Below are positions 18,975 to 26,479 of a DNA stretch of 64,000 nucleotides, piece after piece. Below the pieces are notes generated by a model. It was given only the letters and a program-made list of their open reading frames with translations, was not told the DNA's origin and made no database searches. Each line of letters begins with the position of its first letter. The first letter of the stretch is position 1. The position numbers and the translations under genes are program-made. Source of the DNA: a virus. The stretch spans positions 31,305-95,304 of the IMG/VR virus record IMGVR_UViG_3300025164_000635; one strand, given 5' to 3'.

Positions 18975-19036
18975 CGCAGAGAGGGGCTAGGCCATAGGCT
19001 TAGCTCTAATGCGGCATACCGGTCTCAAGCCCGGTA
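18975..19036 (+). ncRNA. Twister ribozyme, circularly permuted (P1 closed by a loop)
   Basis: CGCA-GAGAG-[GGGCTAGGCC ata GGCTTAGCTC]-TAA-TGCG-GC-ATA-CCG-GTCTCAAGCC-CGG. P1, P2, P4, T1 (CTC/GAG) and T2 (GC/GC) are all satisfied; predicted cut U19007^A19008. Confidence 0.85.
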
Positions 19037-19065
19037 AACCCATGTCGCATAAAGGAGAAAGAGTC

Positions 19066-19257
19066 ATGCGTACAGTTATCCAGGACCGGGTAGCTTCAGA
19101 AGCTACTCGGAGAGCATACGAACGTATGATGGAGAGCAACCCAAGACCCAGCTACCAGCCTCAGTCTGAGGCCGAAGCCTGGAGACAGGCGTGGATCTCA
19201 GGCAAGGTCAGCCTAGGGGATGTCCCGGCTCGCTATCGCTCCCTCGTTGCTCGCTAA
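19066..19257 (+). CDS. Hypothetical early protein
   Basis: AAAGGAG RBS, start 19066. Confidence 0.6.
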   Translation: MRTVIQDRVASEATRRAYERMMESNPRPSYQPQSEAEAWRQAWISGKVSLGDVPARYRSLVAR

Positions 19258-19263
19258 CAATCG

Positions 19264-19365
19264 AATATCTGCCTTCTTCCAGGAAGGCAGAGCAGGCTCA
19301 TTCTCTCGGAGGAGGATGGGCCTGCTCTGCTTTCTGGGACTAGAGCCCAGAGCAGAGAAAAGGAG
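19264..19365 (+). ncRNA. Repeated structured leader element, copy A
   Basis: Three hairpins ending in TCTGGG-ACTAGAG-CCCAGA, then GCAGAGAAAAGGAG. Confidence 0.7.
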
Positions 19366-19372
19366 AATCACC

Positions 19373-19567
19373 ATGACGTACCCGAAAGGCTACACCAACG
19401 ACTACGCTACCATCTGGGAGCAACGCATGAGCAAGGCCATCGGCCTGCACCTACACTGGCTGACTGAGGCATGCTACCAGGCCGCTCTTTACAGCGACCG
19501 CCTCACCATCCAGGCTCAGGTCAAGCTGGGCAAGCTCTACATGGCTGCCAGCAAGGGCGGCAAGTAG
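19373..19567 (+). CDS. Hypothetical early protein
   Basis: AAGGAG RBS, start 19373. Confidence 0.6.
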   Translation: MTYPKGYTNDYATIWEQRMSKAIGLHLHWLTEACYQAALYSDRLTIQAQVKLGKLYMAASKGGK

Positions 19568-19572
19568 TCGTC

Positions 19573-19672
19573 AATCTACTTCTGTCTTCCCCTCCGGGAA
19601 GGCAGAGGCTTGGGTATCACGGTATCCAAGCCTCTGCCTTTCGGGACTAGAGCCCGAAGCAGAGAAAAGGAG
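19573..19672 (+). ncRNA. Repeated structured leader element, copy B
   Basis: Same three-hairpin layout; TTCGGG-ACTAGAG-CCCGAA (stem sequence differs but pairing kept). Confidence 0.7.
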
Positions 19673-19678
19673 AAACCC

Positions 19679-19948
19679 ATGTCTCACAAGATCATCTTCG
19701 TGCTGGTGCTGGTCGGGCTGATGCTGGCCTTCACGGCCTGTGATGCCTCGAAAGAGGCAGGCTGGACGACCTCCTGTATCCGGGAGTACAAGGCCGCCAA
19801 CGATGGGGCTGATCCGGATGCGGACACACTCAAGGCGTGCGTTGAGGCCAAGAGAGATGCTGCTGAGTCTCTCAACAAGACACTCAATCAGGGCAAGCAG
19901 CAGGCCGAAGCCCTGGTTGCTACACCCGTCCCTGACCCCAATAAGTAG
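19679..19948 (+). CDS. Small lipoprotein
   Basis: MSHKIIFVLVLVGLMLAFTA-C lipobox. Confidence 0.65.
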   Translation: MSHKIIFVLVLVGLMLAFTACDASKEAGWTTSCIREYKAANDGADPDADTLKACVEAKRDAAESLNKTLNQGKQQAEALVATPVPDPNK

Positions 19949-19965
19949 CAAGCTATAGACAACCA

Positions 19966-20072
19966 AATATCGCTTCACCCCTGCTCCCTCATGGGAGCAG
20001 ACCAGAGCCACTCTCCTGCGAGGGCGGCTCTGGTCTGCTTCTGGGACTAGAGCCCAGGCAAACAGAAAGGAG
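19966..20072 (+). ncRNA. Repeated structured leader element, copy C
   Basis: Same layout; CTGGG-ACTAGAG-CCCAG, then AAAGGAG. Confidence 0.7.
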
Positions 20073-20080
20073 TAGTAGCC

Positions 20081-20575
20081 ATGTTACACAATCCGTTGTT
20101 CTGGTTCTGTGTTGCAGCTCTGCTTGTTGCTATCCATGAGCTGATCGTCCGCAATCGCAACCCCTTCTACGAGCTGGACTTGCGGGAGTATTACGAGCCG
20201 AGCTCCCAGGAAGGGGATGAGTGCCCCATCTGCGGTGTCATGGGCGGGCACGATGCCGAGATATGCACGGGTGATGAGTATGCCGGCGTGTGCCGTGAGG
20301 ACTTCTATGTCCAATTCGGCAACACCCCAGAAGTTCGGGAGCTGTATCACATCTGGGTCTCTGAGGCTAATGTGGAGTTCCGCTGGATGGTCATGGATAT
20401 GTGCGGCATGTACGGTGCCTCCGAGACCTTGGGCCGCCTCCGGGAAGCCATCAACGAGGAGCGGCCTCTCGACTTGCCATCCAGCAAAGAGATGCACCGC
20501 CGCATCCTCCGGGCTTGCCCCGATCCCGACCTCGCCCGCGGTATGGGTGAGGAGACCCTCTACAGAGTGCGATAG
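20081..20575 (+). CDS. Membrane-anchored protein with CPIC...H...C zinc motif
   Basis: N-terminal TM segment; CPICGVMGGHDAEIC. Confidence 0.6.
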   Translation: MLHNPLFWFCVAALLVAIHELIVRNRNPFYELDLREYYEPSSQEGDECPICGVMGGHDAEICTGDEYAGVCREDFYVQFGNTPEVRELYHIWVSEANVEFRWMVMDMCGMYGASETLGRLREAINEERPLDLPSSKEMHRRILRACPDPDLARGMGEETLYRVR

Positions 20576-20583
20576 GAGGAACA

Positions 20584-21003
20584 GTGGATAAGTATGTACG
20601 GGTCCGTCTGACGAGCGCTAGCCTCTTGGCGCAGTCAGATCCCTTCCCAGTGTTGTTGTGGTACGACGCCAGGAAGCGGGCCGTCCACCTGAAGGTCATC
20701 TCCAGCGCGGGTGGGCGGTATGACGTGCACCTTCGGTTCCAGGTGCACGAGGGCAAGGCTTACCTCATGGATCGGATGTGCTTCTGTGAGGACTTCGAGT
20801 CCTCGATGAAGCACTTCGACATGCTCCAGGAGCTCGGGATGCCGGTTGAGGGGAGTGCCTTGCCTCTCTATCGGGGCCTGCCCATCTGCAAGCACATCCT
20901 GCTCGGCGGTCTGAAGGTGATCGCCGAGAACTGGGTGGCCCTCTTCCTGGATGGGCAGCCGCAGGCTAAAGCCTTCCAGGAAGATGAAGTCCTGCCGTTC
21001 TAG
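20584..21003 (+). CDS. SWIM-type zinc finger protein
   Basis: CFCEDF...ICKHIL (CxC...CxH); GGAGG RBS. Confidence 0.65.
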   Translation: MDKYVRVRLTSASLLAQSDPFPVLLWYDARKRAVHLKVISSAGGRYDVHLRFQVHEGKAYLMDRMCFCEDFESSMKHFDMLQELGMPVEGSALPLYRGLPICKHILLGGLKVIAENWVALFLDGQPQAKAFQEDEVLPF

Positions 21004-21172
21004 CACGAGCAAAACAACACACGTGCCTCTTGTGCACTCCAATGACGCCACTGGTGTCTGGACATGCAAGAGAGGCATGTGCCATATCATGCCGAAAGGC
21101 AGCGCTTGGCCGCGTTACAGCCGATTGAACGACCTGATAGGCAGGAATCAACCTACATAAAGGAGAACAGCC

Positions 21173-23575
21173 ATGTCGTTCACGTCATTTCGCTCTACCC
21201 GTAAGGTGGTTGTGGTGGACCGCTTCGGGCGACCCACCGGAGAGGAAAGGATTCTCTCTAACAGCCCGATCGACGCCCTGTTCCCTGACGAGAAGATCGT
21301 CATGGTGAACTGGAAGTACGAGGGCGCGAAGGCGCCCACCGCTGAAGAGTTGCGCCGGCCGATCCGCCACGGCGGCAACGAGTACCGTGGTGACTGGGCC
21401 TGGGGCAGCAGCGTCAAGCGCGGATACACTGTGGGCCTGACCCGTGACCTGCTGGTGGACACGGGATTGCTGAACTGCTGTGAGGACGCCCACCGATTCG
21501 GTCGGGCGTTCCTTGCCAACGGCCTGTATGGGGCCGGGAAGGGTGAGCTGCACATCAAGTTCGTGCCCGAAGGGACTCAGACCCTGGCCGGCCCGGTGGC
21601 GGACGGCTTCGGGTATGTGAGACGCTCGGTGGCCGAGAAGATGAATGCCGGACACGACAAGATCAAGTTCGGCACCGCGCGCGACTCGTCGCACTGGTGG
21701 CAGCGCATTCCCTGGACATCCGAGATCCAGGAAGAGCTGGAGCCGCTTCTGCGTGACAACCTGGTGGAGGCTGGTGACCCCGGGTTGTGGATGTTGAGGC
21801 AGTTAGGCGACCGCGATCAGGGTCGCCGCCACCTGGTCGAAGCCGAGCCGTTGATGGCTGAGCACCCGTATGTGGCGAACATGCTCATGAGGGTGTCCTC
21901 AGACATCCTGGCCCGGGCGGCCACGACGGTCCCCCTGAATCACGCGGTGAAGGTTACTGTGCCCGCGAACGTCCCCAACATCGCTGTGGACGGGAAAACA
22001 CTGAGCACGCGCTACCCGATCGATGCCAAGAACTCCATCCGGGCGAACAACAACACGCTCAACACCGTGGAAGCCGAGATGGAGCGGATTGCCGAGATGG
22101 AGCGGATTGCCCAGATGGAGGTCATTCAGTATGGCATGACCTCCATGGGTGACCATCCCTTCTCGGCTAAAGGCTGCGCCGGGATCGTTGACGATGATCT
22201 CCTCGATGCCGACTTCGTGTTGTGCACGAAGGACATCAAGATGGGTGACAAGAAGTTGGTGGACATCAAGGCGGAGATCGTGGTCTCGGTGACCCAGTGG
22301 TTTGCCCAGGGCGAGGCGGTCGGTGTGAATACGAAGTTCTGGGCCGACCAGGGCGGTGATTGCGACGGCGATCTGGCGTTGATCGCCGATTGCAGTGAGT
22401 TGCCCCGCCTGTGGGAGGCGGTTAGCGGGTTTGGGCTCCAGCCCACGCCCAAGCTCATCAAGACTCACACGAAGCTGGAGGACGAGGACATCCGGGGTGA
22501 GTTGGCTGAGAAATCCATGCTGAATGTGGTCGGCATGGCAGTCAACCTCATGGCTGCGACGTTTGTCACGGCCAACCGGGAAGAGATGGCCCACCGCCTG
22601 GGCTATGCGAGTGAGGCTGCCCTGGATAACGCCCTGAATTACTGGGTGAAAGCAGGCACGGATCTCTTCAAGGTGTCTGTCGACACCAAGCAGCTCATGC
22701 AAGATCTCTCTCGGTTCCAGAGCAAGCTGGTCAATGTGCTCGGTACGCTGCCGCCGTGGGTGAGCTGGCCCAACGACTGGGCCTTCACGCACGGCGTCCC
22801 GTCCTTCTGGAACGAGGACGAGATGGGTCACCTGAAGAGCGACGATCCTGTTCGGAAGAATGCCGTTCCTACCAATTCCTGGTACGACGGGACCATCGTC
22901 CAGATCATGAGGCTGACCCTGCTCGCCCTCAGCGCGATGCTGAGCCATACCCTGGCTGTGCGGCCGCTGCATGACTTCCAGAGATGGGCCCTGGTTGTGC
23001 CGGACAGTGTTCTGGGGCCCGCGATCGGTCTCCAGAAGATGTTCGTAGCCGAGTCCCAGCGCGTCAACTGGGAGTGGCCCCAGGATGTCGTCCGCTTCAG
23101 CCAGTGGTGGGCCGAGAAGGTCGCCACCTGGAAGAACGAGATGGGCCTGGATGACACCCTAGCCTGCGCTGCTATCTGGCGCGCGGCCCATGACATGCGG
23201 AGCAAATACGCCGGGGCGTCGTCTGTGTTCATGGCCTTCCCGGAAGAAGTACTGGATATTCTCCGGGATAAGCCCGGCCTCTCCAAGTTGGTGTCTGGTG
23301 TCATCCTCGGCCTGCCCGAAGTGACCGAGGAGACGGTCATCCAGGGCACCGTTCGGGAGTTCAAACGCAAGGACTCACAGTCCGGCCGGACCGTCATCCG
23401 CAAGTGCTTGGTGGACGGTAACTCGGGCCTACCCCATATGCCCGACATCAACTACCCGGGCGCGATTGCCGTCTTTGCTTCGGATCACCCGTCGCCCGAG
23501 AATGGGCTGAAGGTGACCGTCAAGGTCACCCGGCGCACCAAGAAGTCCTGGTTCGCTGATTGCATCTGCCAGTAG
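21173..23575 (+). CDS. Single-subunit double-psi-beta-barrel RNA polymerase (YonO / RdRP-like)
   Basis: 800 aa; ADGFGYV (aa 144), RYP (280), SAKG (333), catalytic GGDCDGD (396-400). Confidence 0.75.
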   Translation: MSFTSFRSTRKVVVVDRFGRPTGEERILSNSPIDALFPDEKIVMVNWKYEGAKAPTAEELRRPIRHGGNEYRGDWAWGSSVKRGYTVGLTRDLLVDTGLLNCCEDAHRFGRAFLANGLYGAGKGELHIKFVPEGTQTLAGPVADGFGYVRRSVAEKMNAGHDKIKFGTARDSSHWWQRIPWTSEIQEELEPLLRDNLVEAGDPGLWMLRQLGDRDQGRRHLVEAEPLMAEHPYVANMLMRVSSDILARAATTVPLNHAVKVTVPANVPNIAVDGKTLSTRYPIDAKNSIRANNNTLNTVEAEMERIAEMERIAQMEVIQYGMTSMGDHPFSAKGCAGIVDDDLLDADFVLCTKDIKMGDKKLVDIKAEIVVSVTQWFAQGEAVGVNTKFWADQGGDCDGDLALIADCSELPRLWEAVSGFGLQPTPKLIKTHTKLEDEDIRGELAEKSMLNVVGMAVNLMAATFVTANREEMAHRLGYASEAALDNALNYWVKAGTDLFKVSVDTKQLMQDLSRFQSKLVNVLGTLPPWVSWPNDWAFTHGVPSFWNEDEMGHLKSDDPVRKNAVPTNSWYDGTIVQIMRLTLLALSAMLSHTLAVRPLHDFQRWALVVPDSVLGPAIGLQKMFVAESQRVNWEWPQDVVRFSQWWAEKVATWKNEMGLDDTLACAAIWRAAHDMRSKYAGASSVFMAFPEEVLDILRDKPGLSKLVSGVILGLPEVTEETVIQGTVREFKRKDSQSGRTVIRKCLVDGNSGLPHMPDINYPGAIAVFASDHPSPENGLKVTVKVTRRTKKSWFADCICQ

Positions 23576-23578
23576 CAT

Positions 23579-23790
23579 AGGTTCCGAGGCCGATCTTCGG
23601 ATCGGCTCTCGGCTTCTGGGTAGGTGAAAGCCCATCCAGAAGCCGGGAAGGAACTTACCTTCTCTAGCGTGGAGTCTCACCACACTCTCCCTCCCACGGG
23701 GCACGGCAGCCTACTTCCGGGCTACCGCCGTCTTCCCCCTGGGGCTAACGCCGCACTAAAGCTCCGAGAGGAAGCAAACTCCTATAGGAA
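23579..23790 (+). ncRNA. Structured intergenic RNA candidate
   Basis: TAGGTTCC/GGAACTTA closes a UUCG hairpin and a long GAAA-capped hairpin; further nested stems follow. Confidence 0.45.
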
Positions 23791-23802
23791 AGGTGGTGTA
23801 GC

Positions 23803-24126
23803 ATGTCCAAGTTCCTGAACCGTGACGTTGACCTGAAGGCGAAGGTCGCTGGCAAGCCCGGTACCGGTACGCCCGGCCCGCGGCAGCCCGTAGCCACGAC
23901 CGACATCAACGTGACGCAGCTCGAGGCGTTCGCGGCCAAGCTGGAAGCGACGTACCCCAAGCTGGAGCCCAACGACCGCGCCATCGCCAACAGCATGAAC
24001 CCGGCGACGGGCAAGGCCAATATCCTCCTGGCCGGCATCAGTCGCGCCCGGGGTGACAAGGCCAGCGTGACCGTGTACAGCACCGGCCGCGTTGTCTGGG
24101 CGGGCGTCCCCGCGTTCACTCTGTAG
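23803..24126 (+). CDS. Hypothetical protein
   Basis: 107 aa, strong codon bias, GAAAGGTGG RBS. Confidence 0.65.
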   Translation: MSKFLNRDVDLKAKVAGKPGTGTPGPRQPVATTDINVTQLEAFAAKLEATYPKLEPNDRAIANSMNPATGKANILLAGISRARGDKASVTVYSTGRVVWAGVPAFTL

Positions 24127-24191
24127 CCCACAGTGGAGGGGTCCGACATAGGGCCCCTCCCCCCCCACCCTTTCCTGGAAGGAATCGAACC

Positions 24192-24302
24192 ATGAAACTC
24201 AGCCTGTCCGAACTCATCCTACTGGCCGCTGGGTTGCTTGCAACGGCTACATCTGGCTATCACTCCAGCCCTGGGTCACTGGTGATAGCCATCATCCCCT
24301 AA
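24192..24302 (+). CDS. Small hydrophobic peptide (36 aa)
   Basis: GAAGGA RBS; MKLSLSELILLAAGLLATA... Confidence 0.4.
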   Translation: MKLSLSELILLAAGLLATATSGYHSSPGSLVIAIIP

Positions 24303-24314
24303 CAACATGGCTAT

Positions 24315-24353
24315 GGAGCCGGTGCCCGCGGCGGGTGCCGGCTCCCCTCTTTT
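24315..24353 (+). terminator. Rho-independent terminator
   Basis: GGAGCCGGTGCCCG-cgg-CGGGTGCCGGCTCC followed by CTCTTTT. Confidence 0.55.
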
Positions 24354-24354
24354 G

Positions 24355-25345
24355 AACAGGTGCCCTGAGAGCAGCCCCAGATGACGGGCGGGGTATTAAA
24401 GCAGGCCAAAACCCTCACCCCGATGACCGTTCCAAATATCATCCCAGGCTGCTCTTAGGGAATCTGTCCTTAAAAAGGCAACAGGCTCTCGCATGAGGGT
24501 CACCCAGGGGCACACCAGGGGCCCTGAAGGGGTGCAATCCCTGTGGCCCGTTGGAACTTCCGGGAAGTACACGGTGGTAGAACGGGCGTTCTATTGAGGC
24601 GGGACTGAGTAGGCGTCGGCAGATTATGAGGGGAGTCACCCTGGAGCGGGCTCTCACGAGTCGTGACGTGAGTGGTGCCGTGCGGACTGAACGTGAGGTG
24701 GCCCGTGCGGACTGCCCTCATAGTCTGCCGAGGCGGACACAGTTCTGCCACGGTGGGGTGGAAGGCCCTGCGGGGCGTGCATGCGCTTGAATCATGCAGC
24801 CGGCAAGTAATGGCTAGAGTAGCCTCTGGTCCCGTGATCACTATGCGGGGAAAGGCAGGCTTGAGCAGGGAATGCGTGCACGCGCCCTGTCAAGGGAGTT
24901 CTGCCGGGCGTGTCTCTAACCCTGGGCACGCAGCACAATCCTAAGCCGGACTTTGAGGGCCGTGATGGATGGTGGGGGAGAGGCCGGGAAGAGTCTATGA
25001 CCGCCGGTGTTTCGGCACCAGGGCGACGGGCTCTTCCTGGCTGGCTCCCATGACCTGTTTCTCTCATGTGTCCGATGGCCGAGAAGGGCTTCAAGGCAGG
25101 CAGTGGAGGCGTGTGGACGATAATTCCTACGCTGGAAACTGCCGTCACAGTTAGGTTCGTGTGACTACGTGGCCGGCTGTGGCCGAGTGGACTGGTCATC
25201 CACTCGTAATGTGCGGGTTCGACTCCCGCCAGCACGCTTTCATGAGCAGTATAGACGCTTTTTGGTTTGAGGCTATCGGGCATTCATACTGGCCTCAAAC
25301 CCAAACGGGCGATCTATCCTATTGTTTCGGCAATGGGATAGTGAG
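24355..25345 (+). ncRNA. Large ornate non-coding RNA, GOLLD-like candidate
   Basis: ~1 kb with no credible ORF, many long G-U-containing nested stems and two T-loop-like hairpins. GGCAGTGGA...ATAAT...AAACTGCC block resembles the GOLLD 3' domain as I recall it. Confidence 0.6.
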
Positions 25346-25379
25346 ATAAGGAACACATTGCCTGGAAGGGAGGCAACCG

Positions 25380-25592
25380 ATGAAGAGACGTGTCGTCATC
25401 AGAGGGCAGCCTATGAAGTACATCGTGAAGTACATCAAAGACCCAGTAAGGGACAGGCGAGGGGAGCCGCCCTACCGAGCCCTCATTGACGGGGAAGAAT
25501 GTGGCGAGTGGAAGCGAACCGCCATACAAGCGAGCACTGAACACGATCGGATTGTGGCCGAGAAGGCTGCAACCAAGATAAAGGAGGCATGA
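25380..25592 (+). CDS. Hypothetical protein
   Basis: GGAGG RBS, coupled operon. Confidence 0.55.
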   Translation: MKRRVVIRGQPMKYIVKYIKDPVRDRRGEPPYRALIDGEECGEWKRTAIQASTEHDRIVAEKAATKIKEA

Positions 25593-25834
25593 TGTACACC
25601 ACAACGACATTTCCACCCATCTTTCAGCACGGCCCAGTGTCCTCGACCATGCAGTTGCACGTGCCTACCAGCGGCTATGGCCGGAGTGTCGCCATCGTCC
25701 GAACACTGCACAACGGATCGGTCACCCACGAGTATCTGCCGGAATTCCTGGCCGAGCTGGTCGTCGCCATGATCCCGTTCGACGAGCCACTGGTCGCGTC
25801 GGTGAGGATCGCCTACTCGGAGATGGGACAATGA
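25589..25834 (+). CDS. Hypothetical protein
   Basis: AAGGAGG RBS, ATGA overlap. Confidence 0.55.
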   Translation: MMYTTTTFPPIFQHGPVSSTMQLHVPTSGYGRSVAIVRTLHNGSVTHEYLPEFLAELVVAMIPFDEPLVASVRIAYSEMGQ

Positions 25835-26061
25835 TCATCCTCAACGTCCTGTACCCCTATGCCGATCCGACAACCGAAGTGCTGCACGTGAACGCGGCCA
25901 CCCTAGAGAATGCCGAGACATACGCCATCCGCCGACTTGTGGAGGAAGCGGTCAATACTCTGAACGCCTCGGCCGGCTCCAAAAGCATGAGCCGTACCTA
26001 CCACGGGCACGAGCTTTGGTGGTGGAAGAATCTGGCGACCAAGCTGGAGATCCCGCGATGA
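25831..26061 (+). CDS. Hypothetical protein
   Basis: ATGA overlap. Confidence 0.55.
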   Translation: MIILNVLYPYADPTTEVLHVNAATLENAETYAIRRLVEEAVNTLNASAGSKSMSRTYHGHELWWWKNLATKLEIPR

Positions 26062-26267
26062 CCGTCAGCGAAGCCTACGAGCAAACCAATGCCTTTGGTC
26101 GGCCCAGATACGCTATGTTCCTGAGAGATGGAGCCGGCCATCTGCATCAGATTCATCGCATCAATAGGCTCGATGACAACTACCTCCTTGATACTGAGCA
26201 CGGCTCTTTCCCCAGATTGGGGATGGAACAGTGCATCACAGCAGAGCAGAGTGAACATTACCGCTGA
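26058..26267 (+). CDS. Hypothetical protein
   Basis: ATGA overlap, start 26058. Confidence 0.5.
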   Translation: MTVSEAYEQTNAFGRPRYAMFLRDGAGHLHQIHRINRLDDNYLLDTEHGSFPRLGMEQCITAEQSEHYR

Positions 26268-26273
26268 ATGGCC

Positions 26274-26382
26274 GGGAAGATGACCTTCCCTGGGGGTGAG
26301 CGGATTGGACTCCCTAAGCCATTGAAGGTTGGCTGCGGCCAGCCGGACGAGGGTTCGACTCCCAAGCGGTAACTCCCCACCA
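26274..26382 (+). ncRNA. Degenerate tRNA-like element
   Basis: GGGTTCGACTCCC T-arm, long variable-arm hairpin GGTTGGC-tgcg-GCCAGCC and 3' CCCCACCA; cloverleaf imperfect. Confidence 0.4.
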
Positions 26383-26479
26383 AGCGGACGTCCCGTGGCG
26401 GTGTACGGCCCATGACGTGGCCGTGAAGACCGGACAATCGGGACGTTCGCTTTGTGGGCATTTTCTTCCGAGGTGAAAC

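Noticed and set aside
19264-20072. Calling leader copies A-C canonical twister or twister-sister ribozymes
   Set aside because: They lack the UAA/GAGAG internal loop and T1 pairing, and the twister-sister conserved loops
12612-20080. CRISPR array (51-nt repeats; repeated intergenic elements)
   Set aside because: The 51-nt units are tandem and coding with no spacers; the 19-20 kb repeats are separated by whole genes
18640-21110. c-di-GMP-I riboswitches at GAAA-tetraloop hairpins (about 18645-18690 and 21090)
   Set aside because: GAAA hairpins are present, but the GGCAAA...GACGCAAA core and P2/receptor are missing
24439-25349. Short ORFs across the large structured region
   Set aside because: No RBS, atypical composition, mutually overlapping; base-pairing explains the sequence better
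25200-26382. tmRNA or functional canonical tRNAs
   Set aside because: T-arms resemble tmRNA/tRNA, but there is no G3:U70 acceptor, no tag ORF and no complete cloverleaf
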